64,000 nt of DNA from Camelus dromedarius (taxonomy: Eukaryota), in NCBI RefSeq assembly GCF_036321535.1, contig NC_087436.1:55492001-55556000 (forward strand), in the 5' to 3' direction. Positions 1 to 11,480 of the stretch are shown one piece after another (positions within the stretch are counted from its first letter, which is position 1; each line of letters starts with the position of its first letter). The notes under the pieces were generated by a model. It was not told where the DNA came from, did not search any database, and saw nothing but the letters and a program-made list of their open reading frames with translations. The position numbers were made by a program, and so were the translations under genes.

Positions 1-479
1 CACTCAGCTCACCGTTTGGCTCATGTTAGATAACCAATGTTTGCTGAATAAACTTTAAACATAGATATTCAGCTCTATTCTCCCTTTTAGTGACTGCATT
101 CTTTTTCAATGAGAATGAATGGACCGATCACCTTTTCTCTGTTCAGAATCTATTTGGATCCATGGAAGAAAGTAATTGCATTTGAGAATCCAAGCAGAAG
201 GACACAAAGGAAAAAACAGAGAATTGTCAGAATTCACTTGAATGTACTCTTCTCTTTTTCTTGTTATTTTTTTCCTTCTCCCTACCTTCCCCAGTGCCTT
301 TGTGCACCACATGCCCTGGTGTCTCCAGATTGCTATGTATTTGCAGAATATGGCCACATGACCAGGTATTGATGATGACTTCAGTTTATCTTGTGCTCAA
401 AATGTACCGTTCTCAGTTGTCAAAGTGCAATCTTTATTTGAGGTGCAGAATTTATGGGAAGATGTCAGCTGCTCTTCCC

Positions 480-695
480 AGTTAAAGATAATTCTTTCTT
501 CCTCTGATGTCCCATATCAAACATCCTTAAATCTGTATTGTTTATCACAGACTACCTGGCATTAGCGTCTGCTTTGTACACTTCTCTCCCTAACAAAATT
601 CAGAGTTCCCTTGTGCAGGAGCTATGTTCCTTCAGTTCCTGGCACTGCATCTTGGGCTAGGAACATAGTCAATTAACATGTATTAAACTGAATTC
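480..695 (+). mobile_element. Degenerate L2 (LINE2) 3' end fragment
   Basis: Resembles the L2 3' tail (gagttcccttgtgcaggagctatg...cctggcac...aacatgtattaaactgaa); heavily diverged. Confidence 0.45.
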
Positions 696-1095
696 TGTAT
701 CTTTATTTATAGTGTGGAGATAATGACTAGTTTATAAATAGCGGGATGCTTCATCATGCCAGAATCACAAAGTACTGTCAATAGTTGAAATGACAACTCG
801 TTCAATCATCAAGTTGCTTGTTTTGTCAGTTGTTTTTAAAAATGTGTCTTCTAGCAGTTATTATGGAAAAGAAATAGCAAAGTGGAATGCTCCAAGAGTA
901 GGCTACCATAATAGATGCAGATCAGATGACTATTAATACAATTGTAACTCATCTTCTAGGTTATGTATTAGGAATAGAATTTTAAATTACCTGCATTTTG
1001 ACAAAAGAAGTAATATATATCTTAAGAGCATCATAGTAGTTTCACCTTTTATTATTTCACAAGCATCTTTCCAAAAATTCATTTTCGCATTCTGC

Positions 1096-2762
1096 TTTAT
1101 TGAGATATAATTAACATACAGCACTGTGTAAGCTTAAGGTGAACAGGATAGGGAGTTGACTTACATATGTCATGAAATAACTACCACAGTAAGTTCAGTG
1201 AACATTCGTCATCTCATATAGATACAAAAGAAAAAAGAAAAAAAAAAGAAAAATCTTTATCCTCGTGATGAGAACTCTTAGGATTTACTCTTAACAACTT
1301 TTATCTGTAACATACAGCAGGGTTAATTATATTAATCATATTGTACATTACATCCCTGAAAGTTTGTACCTGTGACCACCTTCATCCAAATTGCCCCTCT
1401 ACCTCTAGTAACCACAAATCTGGTCTCCTTTTCTCTGAGTTTGTTTGTTCTTGAAGTATAGTTGACCTACAACACTATGTTAGTTCTTGGTGTACAACAT
1501 AGTGATTCAGTGTTTCTATACATTACAAAATGATCATCACAATAAGTACCATCTGTCACCATACAAAGATATTACATTATTATTGACTCTATTTCTCACA
1601 CTGTATTGTATATATCATACCCATGACTCATTTGTTTTGTAACTGGGAGTTTGTACCTCTTATCTCCCTTACCCATTTCTTTCATCTCCCTACACAGCAT
1701 CCCTCTCTACATTTGTAATTCTGTTTCTGTTTTGTTACGTTTATTTATTTGTTTTGTGTTTTCGATTCCACATATAAGTGAAATTATATGGTATTTGTCT
1801 TTCTCTGATTTATTTCACTTAACTTAATACCCTTTAGGTCCATTCATGTTGTCAAGAATGGTAAGATTTCATTCTTTTTATGGCTGAGTAATACTCCATA
1901 TGTATATATGGATATATCTATATATCATATATATCTCATATTTCCTTTATCTATTCACCTATGGATGGGCACTTAAGTTGTTTCTATATGTTGGTTATTG
2001 TAAATAATGCTGCAATGAACATAGAGGTGCATATATTTTTTTAATTTAGTGTTCCTGTTTTCTTCAGATAAATACCCAGGAGTAGAATTACTGGATCATA
2101 AAATAGTTCTATTTTTAATTTTTTGAGGGCTCTCCATAATATTTTCCATACTGGCTCCACCTTACATTCCTACCAATGGTGCACAGGGTTTGATTTGTTT
2201 CCACATTTTGCCAACACTTGTTATTTGTTGTCATTTTGATGATAGCCATTCTGAGTTGTGTGAAGTGATATCTTATTGTGGTTTGGATTTGCATTTCCCT
2301 GATGATTAGTAGTGTTGAGCATCTTTTCATATACCTGTTGGCCATCTGTATGTCTTTGTTGGAAATGTCTATTCAGGTCCTCTGCTCATTTTTTCATTGT
2401 TTTGTTTGTTTGTTTGATGTTGAGTTACTTAAGCTCTTTGTATATTTTGGATATTAACCCCTTATCAAATATATGACTTGCAGATACTTTCTGGCATTCA
2501 ATAGGCAGCCTTTTCATTTTATCAATAGTTTCCTTTGCTGTTCAAAACTTTTTAGTTTAATATTAGTCCCGTTTGTTTATTTTTACTTTTGTTTCCCTTG
2601 CCTGAGGAGACACATCCAAAAAAATATTTCCAAGATTTATGTCAAAGAACATACTGCCTATGTTTTCTTCTAGGAGTTTTATCATTTCAAGTTTATATTT
2701 AAGTCCTTAATCCATTTTGACTTTATTTTTGTATATGGTGTGAGAAAGTAGTCCAATTTTCC
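1096..2762 (-). mobile_element. 5'-truncated L1 (L1MA9-like/laurasiatherian type): 3' UTR plus ORF2 C-terminal remnant
   Basis: Typical antisense L1 3' end (ttattgagatataattaacatac..., ttcccacatataagtga..., tccattcatgttgtc). ORF 2115..2345(-) MANRYMKRCSTLLIIREMQIQTTIRYHFT...CWQNVE matches the L1 ORF2p C-terminal region. Confidence 0.93.
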
Positions 2763-3722
2763 CAGTTTTATTAATTTTTTAAGTTAAAATAAAACAGGAT
2801 GAGTTTCTGGTGTTTACAACCAAAGTGGCCTAACTGCCACAGTTGCTGAAATAGAAGAGAGGTGAAGCTTACTGGAAACAATAGGAAAAGACAAGGAGGA
2901 AAGCCTGGGGGCATGGGGGGAATGTTTGTGAATTCTGTGGATATTTTCTGCTATGTGTGAATTTGGGGGGATTTTGTGGGGAAATGGTGAAAAATCTAAA
3001 GCATCTAACTTTGACTGTTTATTTCATTTCAAGATAGGTGAATTACCTGTCTATTACAGCTTCATTATTGCTTCTTTATGACACCAGTGCTCCATGCTCA
3101 CAGCGTGATATTGCTCATAACTCCCTTCCACCTGTTACATGAGAACTGAGTCAGATTCTCCAAGTAGCCAATCCTATTTTAGACATCTTGGGAACCTATA
3201 CTAAAATTTCAACTCAGAACATGAACACCATTTTCAGAAGTTACTTAATTATTATGCAAACACTGGGGAAGTCTGACTCAACAATTCCTAAATAATTGGT
3301 GCTATACATTAAGTGTCAGCTGAGTGCAACTTTCAAAAAAAACCAAATCACTAAGTTGTCATACATGAAGGCAAAAGTATGTTTCCTATTAGTTTAGGTG
3401 CAGGCTATCCTTATTCCAAACAGAGTGTACATCTTCAGTCAAGGTAGACAAAGGAGTGTGCACACATGTAGTTGAACTAAATGTGAGCTTGCATCAAAAG
3501 TGACAGGCATTTATTAGTGATCTAATATTGAATGTTGTAGAGCATTTCTGAAGAATCATTACACTTTCAGTGTATAAGAAGAACATTTATCTAGAGGAGT
3601 GAATGTAAATTGGTCTTTAAGAAGAATGGTAGGATGCAACAAGTTGGATTTGAAATATCTGAAATATAAAAGCTATTGTTTTCCCTAGTTATTTCATTTA
3701 AAATTGTCCCTTTTCATACAGG

Positions 3723-4066
3723 TATTGTTTTCAAAGTGTGGTTCACAGATTCTTGGGGATTCCTGAGACAATTTCAAGTGTCTGTAAAGCTATTTTCATA
3801 TTAATGCCAAGATGTTATTTGACTTTTTCACTGTGTTGATCTTTGCAGTGACGGTAAAGGGTGACGGTGAGTGAAACTGTTACTTCTTTAGCTTGAATCA
3901 AGGCAATGGTACAATCTACTTAGGATAAGCCATTATATTCTCCACTGCCGTACACACAGGGGTAAAAAAAAAAATCCATTTTTACTTAAGGATGTTGAAG
4001 CAGTGAAATGTATTAATTTTATTAATTTACTAATTATTTTAAATCTGCTATCTTGAGTACTGTTTT
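3723..4066 (+). mobile_element. hAT-Charlie (Charlie1a-like) DNA transposon, 5' part
   Basis: Starts with ttttcaaagtgtggttcacag...ctattttcatattaatgccaagatgttatttg (Charlie1 left end). cattatattctccactgc translates HYILHC, a degenerate hAT HCxxH transposase motif. Confidence 0.85.
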
Positions 4067-5439
4067 ATTCTTTTTTTTTTTTTTGAGTGGACAAAGTATT
4101 TAACATATTCACTACACAATCAATGAAACAAAGAATTTATAAGATTATAGTAAAGAATGTGAAGCTCTCTCATTCATACTCTATTGTTCTAGTACAAAGG
4201 CCTTAAAAAAACTTAAAAAGTCAAAATTTATTACAGTATGATGAAAAAATATTCTAATGGGCATTGGTTTCAGAAGATAGAGGAAGTGAGTTTCTTGACT
4301 CTAGAGGTATCTTAGGATACAATAGGTGATATCTTGGAGGGATTCTAAAGACTGTGGTGTCATATACTACCTGAACTGGGAGCAGAAAATGTTTACGGTC
4401 ATTCCAACATCAAATTTTTTAGCAACTTGCTTTCCCCAAGGTCTGCAAATTTGATCATATGCTTAAGTGAGCGCAAGCGAAGATTCTCAAAATTAATCGA
4501 AATTTGGAGTAGGTAGTTCAACAATAAATAGGGGAAAAGAAAAAAAAAGATAGAAAAGGCAAGAGAGAAGAGAATAAAGAAAAATTATAGGTTATTTGCT
4601 CAGAGAATCCAAATTTGTGTTTATGCCCACATGAGGTCCAAATTCTATCTGGGGTTAAATCCACCAAACTCACAAGCTTTCTTGAAGGAGACAGTGTGGG
4701 AGCTGTTTGGGATGTCATCCCAGAGGCTGAACATAAAGCAATTGCAGCTGTAATGTTTGGTTCTCATCACTATTTCACTCTTCTCTGAACACTTGGTGGT
4801 GATCCACCCAGTTTAGGTCATCATCTGTGTGAAGCTTGGCCTTCAGTGTCTCCATTTTCCTCTCATCTCATAGCAGTGTCCTGGAGTTTTGAGTCTACTA
4901 CCCCTTCCTCTTTGTTTTATTCAATGGTTCTTGGACTAAGAGTATTCTTCCTAGTTTATTATTTCTATTCTACTGAAATGGTAAACAGTGGTCATGGAAG
5001 CTGCCTCTCATCACTGTTTTCACAGATCTACCCGGCATCTGGATTTCTGAGACCTCTGTATCTTTCTAAATTCCAAAGTATTCCCATTTACAACATGTGG
5101 TAATTCATTGTTCCGCCCACTTCTGATCAGTTGTCTTCCCAGGGGTCTTTACCTGAAATAAAAAGCCCATAGTCAGAAACTCGGCCAGTTGTCCTTCAGG
5201 TACCTGCTTTCCAGTTACTCTACATGCACTGTACAAGCCATAGATGACTCACTGCATGGTCTTCATCAAGTTGCAGTAGTAGATACAATGGCCCTTTAAG
5301 GACACGGCCACCGTTTTCCTGGATGATTTGAAGTCTCTCCTCTACAATTTCTTATTCCTCATCTCGCTTCTACCCAGCTTGGAACTTATTATGGCCAAAG
5401 TTACTCTTGTCTTCCCTGCTGATAAGATGGGCAATCCCT

Positions 5440-6560
5440 GTCCAGTCCTTTCCTGACTGCAGGAACATTGGACAACACTGACAACTCCATCCATCTGACA
5501 CCTCTTCCTCAGTCTCCTCCACAGGCTCTTCTTCTGTGCTTAAATGCCATGTCCCTTGCATTTTCTCCAGTCCCTCTGCTCCTCCTACTCCATACCTTTG
5601 TCTGATTGATCACTTAAATGCTCAGGACTTGCATTCACCAGATCTGCAGATACAGGCCTGATCGCTGCCTTGTGGTCCTTATTAAAGTCCATACTATATC
5701 TCCCAAAGATCTCCTTTAAGCACATAAAATTCATCTTACTACAAAATGAACTTGATGTTCAGGACAGACTACTCCAAAATATGGCACCTTAGCATATTGA
5801 ATATTTTAAGCTGAAGGAGTTTGAGAAAACAGCAGAAGCAGAAAGGAAACTCTGACCTCCTCCCCTACCCCTACTTGCCCCCTGCTTTGCTCTTCTTCCT
5901 TGAAACAGACCATAAAACCCTCATAGGTGCCCTTCCTGTATCTGGAGGAAAGGAGTATTCTTGTCTCTGAAAACAAAAGAACATCAAGAAGAATTCTAAT
6001 AAATAGGCCTTGCTAAATTCCCCCCAGTTTACTATAAATACTTTATTTCTTGACCTATCATGCTTCTCCATAGCTGTCCACTCTTCATCAAACCATTATA
6101 AAAGTACAGAAGTCTGACAGTTTCTCTGTGTCTGCATATCCTTATGAAGACTCCCATGTCTAATAATCTGTTACTCTGTAATCTTCTTTTACTCTGACTT
6201 TGTCAGTTGAATTTTTAGACCCAATCATGGAACCTAAGAAAGTGGAGGAAAATTTTTTTACTCTCCTAGAAACTCATCACCCTTCCCCTGCCTCCACTCC
6301 TCCCAAACCTGCTTCTCCTCCTGCATTTCTGATCTCAGCAATACTGCCATCCACCCAACTGTCAAAGCCAGAAATGAGAGAATCATCCTCTCATGGGACA
6401 TGACCTTCTCCCACACTCCGCCATCCAATCACCCAGATTCTGACAATATCAACTCTTGAATAGCTTTCTAAGCTGTTTTCTTCTCCTGCTCTAAGCTATC
6501 ATTGACTTCTGTCTAGATCACAGCCACAACTTTCCAGCTGTTCTTCCCAAGAAGAGGAAA
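5440..6560 (+). mobile_element. L2 fragment split by a MER34-type LTR
   Basis: Pyrimidine-rich L2-like sequence (ctcttcctcagtctcc..., aactcatcaccttcccc...cctgcttctcctcctgcatttctgatctcagcaa...ccatccacccaactgtcaaagccagaaa) on both sides of the LTR. Confidence 0.7.
5753..6270 (+). mobile_element. ERV1 solo LTR, MER34/MER39 family
   Basis: Begins TG, contains ctactccaaaatatggcaccttagcatattgaatattttaagctgaagg and ends ggaggaaaatttttta-ctctcctaga (MER34-like termini). 4-bp TSD AACT at 5749-5752 and 6271-6274. Confidence 0.88.
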
Positions 6561-6602
6561 ATCTTCTTACTGCCTTTAATATACTTTGTATATCTCAGCT
6601 AA

Positions 6603-7670
6603 TTGAATAGTATCTTTTTAATATGCTGTATGATGAAAGGGAAGTAAACATAAAGCACTTCTGCATACTGACATATGATGGTTGTCATACCATCATATGT
6701 CAATTACTTGAGTTGCAAACTAGCCTGACCACCTTTTCATGGATTATAATATTTATTTGAAAGTGTCTAATGAACCATGGCTATTCAGACATGGATACTT
6801 AACAGTCATATCTTGAAAATGAGCTTGTCACTTTAAGAAAAATGCTGGGCAGTACTTTTTCTCCAGTGATAAAATTTGAAATTAGAAATAAAAATTATAA
6901 TTTTGGAATATTTGTATTCACCAATGTGAATTTGACAGCTTTCCAGTTCTAAAGACTTTTCTGATGAGATTTGTGTGATATTAACAGATATGATGTTTTT
7001 GTTGTTTTTAAATAATGGTATCTGTCAACATTTGGAAGATGCACATAACCCAGTGAATCTATCTTCCCCAAACAACCAATGCCTGATATTCCAAAATCTG
7101 AAGTGGAGATAAAATAATAGATGTTAACAAAATGGAGTATGATACATTATTTCTTTTAGATGATATCAGATTTCAAATTGCAATTTACATTTAAGAAACT
7201 ACCACATGTTGAGTTCGGTGTAATAATACAGACTATCCATGATTGATCTGAGAAAGCTTTTCCTTTCATATATATAGTATGAAAGGCTGGATATCTTTAT
7301 GTGTTTCAACCACAGAAATGCTTCAGAACACACTGAATGAAGAAGCAGTTATGAGAATCCAGATGTCTTCTATTAAGTTAGACATTAAAAAGTTTTGGAT
7401 AATTGTAAAGCAAAACCACTCTTAATGATTTTTTTAAGTAAAAGAGTATTTCACTTTAAAAAAAAATGTTATTTATGTTAATATGAAATGATATCATTAA
7501 TGTTATTTTAAATGAATTATTATATAAATAATTTAAAGCCTCTCAGTTTTCATTTTTAATATGATAAATATTGACAGGTATTGTCCACATTGAAAGCATC
7601 ACTTTGGTGTCCTCAACCATTTTTAAGAATGTAAAGAAGTCCTGCAAAAACAAAAGTTTCACAACTACTT
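6603..7670 (+). mobile_element. hAT-Charlie (Charlie1a-like) DNA transposon, 3' part
   Basis: cttctgcatactgacatatgatggttgtca translates LLHTDI*WLS, a degenerate hAT HTEVRWLS motif. Ends aagtcctg...aaaagtttcacaactactt, like the Charlie1 right end. Confidence 0.85.
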
Positions 7671-7879
7671 TCTTATAATATCTATAATATATAATACATT
7701 ACTGAATAAACACTTTCAACTTGTTAATTGTGGTATCAATTAAATCAACCCTGAGATTGAATTCTAAATAATAATTTAGTTGTATGATTGAATTTTTCTA
7801 AATCTTATTTTCCAGTTTTAAAGATAAAGTAATGTTTTTGAAAACTTTTTCTGCATTTAATTTTCCAATCTCAAAGATA

Positions 7880-8190
7880 TGTATCTTTAACCCATAAATT
7901 CTACCTCTAGAAACTTATCTTAAGAGAAAAATTGAGCAAATGCATCAAAAATATATATTGAAAGATCTTCACTGCAGTGTTTTTATGGTAACACAAATAT
8001 AGAAATAAATATTGATCTCCAGTGAATTAGTTCAATAGAATATGGCACATCCATATGAAAGTCTGTTACAGAGTCACCAGAAGAATAATATAATTGTAGG
8101 TGTTTTGAAATAAGTGTGTATTTATGACATATAAACTGAAAGGCAGGTATCAAAATAAAATGAATTCAGGACAGTATTGTAAATGTATGA
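7880..8190 (+). mobile_element. Ancient L1M (L1ME-like) 3' fragment
   Basis: aattctacctctagaaacttatc...gatcttcactgcagtgtttttat...tatggcacatccata, typical of the old L1 ORF2 end/3' UTR. Confidence 0.55.
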
Positions 8191-9149
8191 TTTTCCTCTT
8201 TCTTTCTTTCCATTCCAAGAGTTAGCAATTAGAGGTAAACTGTGGATATACAAAAGAAGAGAAATATTTCCATGTACCAAAACATGTGTTGAATAGCGAG
8301 CAGGCCTGAAGCTTACTGGGTCCTAGTTCACACTGAGGCAAAGGGACCAGGACCCCATGCAGGATAGGCTGACTAAAGCAGGGTTTAGTGTTTGAAACCA
8401 GGATCTGAGTGGGGTTCTCCCCCTTATAAAAGGAGTCGGGAAGAGAAAAGAGAAACAACATCTTACAACAGCTGACTGGGGTTGCAGGTTCAATGAAACT
8501 GCATTCCTGGGGAGGCTGGATGACAAAAAGGATAAAGTTGAGAGAATTGAGCCAATTCTTTTACTAGGTGACTGGATTCTCTGATATCATCTCTGAGTAG
8601 AAATATAAAATCTGGTTCTTGACTGGCAATCCTGAAAGGTAGAAATGGAAGTAACTGCAGAACTGACAAAAGGGCTGAATGTAGAGAGAATGGCAGACTA
8701 GAGGGAATAAGGGGAAGGGCCAGGGAGACCAGAGGATGGAAGGAGATGGCAGAGGGAGGGAGATAAGAGGGGGACAAAGAACACTTCCCTATTAGGATGA
8801 GTCACTTCATGGAAGTAACCAAATAAAAAGCAAAGGAACGAATGCAGAGAAAGATAATAGTGATAATAATTGAAAGCTAAATTCATAAAAGATGAATAAA
8901 AATTTGTGAAACGTAAGAAATAGAAGACTATGAAATATAGGTTTGAGATCCTGAAAGAAAAAAAGTGTTAAGAAACCATAATTTTATTCACTTAATTTGG
9001 GTGTATAAACACATAAAATAACCTGGTTTTTAATTTTGTATTCTCTAACAAATTGGCATCATCTTTCACTATTGCATTTTTAGATATATGCTAAACATTT
9101 ATACTGTATACAGGATGATCTAAGGTATTATTTGTTAAACACACATACA

Positions 9150-9549
9150 TTCAAACCAATAATAACAAGAAAGAATCTAAATTATCCTAGGAGAACAGTT
9201 AAATAAGTGATGCCATATTTATACAATGGAACACAATGGATGTTAAAATAAATGCCCTGGGTATTGCATAACCTAAAAGGAATAAATCCAAAAGCAGAGT
9301 ACTAAAAGACTAAATGCAAGTTGCAAAATCATACCTCCAATATGGAAGCACTTGTGTAAAATTTAAAAATAAGCAAAACAATACTATGTATCATTTGTAG
9401 ACACATGTATACTAAACATGAACAAGAAAGATAGACACCATCTTTAGAATGGTGATTAACACTTGGAAAGGAGATTGGAAATAGGAAAGTCTACAAACAA
9501 AAGCTTCAATTCTGTATCTTTTACGTAATTGTTTGAAAAAACCTGAAGG
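9150..9549 (+). mobile_element. Ancient L1M 3' UTR fragment
   Basis: gttaaataagtgatgccatatttatacaatggaa...gcaagttgcaaaat...aagcaaaacaatactat, old L1 3' UTR pattern. Confidence 0.5.
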
Positions 9550-10075
9550 TGTTAGGTAGTTGGATGAGTGGAGGCACCGGGCAGACAGGTGGAGGAGAGG
9601 GGCGATGATGTTATGCCCGCCTGCAGCATAAAAGGACTTTACTTCTAAATGAGTGCCAGCAGGAAACCGGTTAAAACTGGACAGCCACAACTGCGAGGTA
9701 GCAGAAAGGACTTAACCAGACACAACCCAGTGCTCGTTGTATTATAATTAATATTGTGGTTTCGCCCTCCGCACCAGGGGTTTTTCTGTGTACACCATGG
9801 GTAAGGACATGCGTAAAAGGGGCCAGACATGACTAAGCATTCCAGGGACAAGAGCCATCAATCAATTAAGAGACCACCTCTAAGCAAGGGTATAAGAGAA
9901 AGGGGAGACAAAAACGGCAACTTTTTCCTCCCTTGGATCAGCCCACTTCCTGTTCTTGAAAGTGTCCTTTTCCTTTCTTTAAATAAATCTTTTAAAATTT
10001 TTTGTTACACTACATACCATCTCCTAACTGTAAACTTGTCTTTTGGGTATGATAAGAACTAGGGTATTTACCTTT
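9550..10075 (+). mobile_element. Solo LTR, probably a lineage-specific ERV
   Basis: Starts TGTTAGG. Abrupt GC rise with about 10 retained CpGs, TATAA at 9891-9895 and AATAAA at 9982-9987, followed by a U5-like segment. The 3' CA end and TSD are not clear. Confidence 0.75.
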
Positions 10076-10103
10076 TGAGGTAAAAAATACACTTTAAATT
10101 TAT

Positions 10104-10149
10104 TTCAATGATTGTTTCTTTTTTTTTTTTTCTTCAGTGATTGTTTCTT
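10104..10149 (-). repeat. Tail-only poly(A) insertion flanked by a 17-bp direct repeat
   Basis: ttcaatgattgtttctt (10104-10120) + T-run + ttcagtgattgtttctt (10133-10149); 16/17 identical. Confidence 0.7.
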
Positions 10150-11059
10150 GACTGCAAAAATGTAAGTAGGATTTTACAAATTTTGCCCAATAGTCAATAG
10201 ATGTCAAGAATATTTTCAAGGTAGTAAAAGGAATTTTAAAAATTGATATATAAATCCTTAGCAAGTATCTTAATGTATTTGTAATTGAAAAAATATATAA
10301 CACTTTTAAAGGTCCAAAATTATGTTCTTTCAAATTTTTTTTTCAAAGTAAAAAGTAGGAAGGAATAGCATAATATCTGTTGTTATGGCTACATTATTCA
10401 TTTTAAATAAATCTGTTCTACACTATATTTTACTAAAACATATGAAGTCCATTTAGGAGAAATAATTCTACTCATCAATTGTAAACATTAACTGATGGCA
10501 AGCTGTCACTTTAAAGATTGCTTTGGGACTAAAAATATAAATAGAAATGCAATTTCTTAAACTTACAATCAGTTTTCCTGCCTCAAAGATTAATATAATG
10601 CTATGATATACATTTTATTAACAGAAGGAAGAATTTTATGTGTGTTCATAAAGTCATCCTTTCTTTACTTTTATAAAAATTTATGGTAGCTATGCTCCAT
10701 CTTCCTACACTCAGCAGCCAGTCTTAGAGATCCCATAGTTTGGCTTTAAAGGCCTAAGCAAAACAAACAAAATGATTAAAGTGATTTCTAATATCTGCTT
10801 ACTTCCTATACAAATCCTGAAATATTGCTTTGAAAAGACTGATAGAAAGTATGTGTAGTAGGTAGATTTAGTTCATGTTACAGGTCCACTCTACTACTTG
10901 GTAAAATAATATGCTGAACTAGAACAAGTAATAACATTCACCATCTGAATTAATTCATCAATATTATGTTTAGACTTGTCATGGTCCATGAAACCATGGC
11001 TCTTCCTGTCTTTAAAAAAAAAAAATCAAGCAAAACACAAAAGAAACTGATTGAGATGG

Positions 11060-11480
11060 TGACTTGCGTTGGGTTTCCTGTAAACAGACTCTGAGATAGG
11101 GAGTTGTGTACAGATTTATCTAGTACTCTTGAGAGATTCGCCTCAAGGGACAACATAGAGCAGAGGGAAAAGCTGAGCTACAGGGTAGTTGCAAGTGAGG
11201 CCTCATCTGACTGCACGTGGAGCGCTGGTGCTAGAATGGCCCTTCAGTTGCTCCAAATTGAACTGAATGCCAGAAGCTTCCCATCCTTGCAGCAACCTGT
11301 GATTGACCATGAGCTCTTCTCTAGGAGGTGCAGAGCCCAGGGGAGGTCCTGACGTGACATTGAGGGCAGTCCCCAATGAGTACAGAGCTGTGAGCTGGCA
11401 CAGTCTGTATTCTTAACTGCGCCATGATGGCTCCTGTAGCCCAGACAGGAGAATGCAAGTGGAGTACTATGTATCCGTTA
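11060..11480 (-). mobile_element. ERVL solo LTR, LTR16 family
   Basis: gttgggtttcctgtaaacagactctgagatagggagttgtgtacagatttat...gcagagggaaaagctgagct...gaggcctca...atggcccttcagttg matches the reverse complement of the LTR16A/C consensus as recalled. Confidence 0.8.

Larger units (their letters stand above)
4067..6602 (-). mobile_element. Poly(A)-tailed retroposed non-L1 segment (retrocopied transcript or orphan L1 3' transduction) interrupting Charlie1
   Basis: T14 run at 4071-4084 at the exact point where Charlie similarity stops. Charlie resumes near 6603. Diverged duplication ttgagtactgtttt (4053-4066) / ttgaatagtatcttttt (6603-6619). The minus-strand target reads TT/AAAAA. Confidence 0.6.

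Noticed and set aside
295..365. Plus-strand exon-like segment (ccttccccag...ACCAG|gtattg) and overlapping ORFs 106-485
   Set aside because: Weak donor, no recognisable peptide and no supporting plus-strand exon chain.
2115..2673. ORFs of 76 and 66 aa
   Set aside because: L1 ORF2 remnant and its antisense frame, not host genes.
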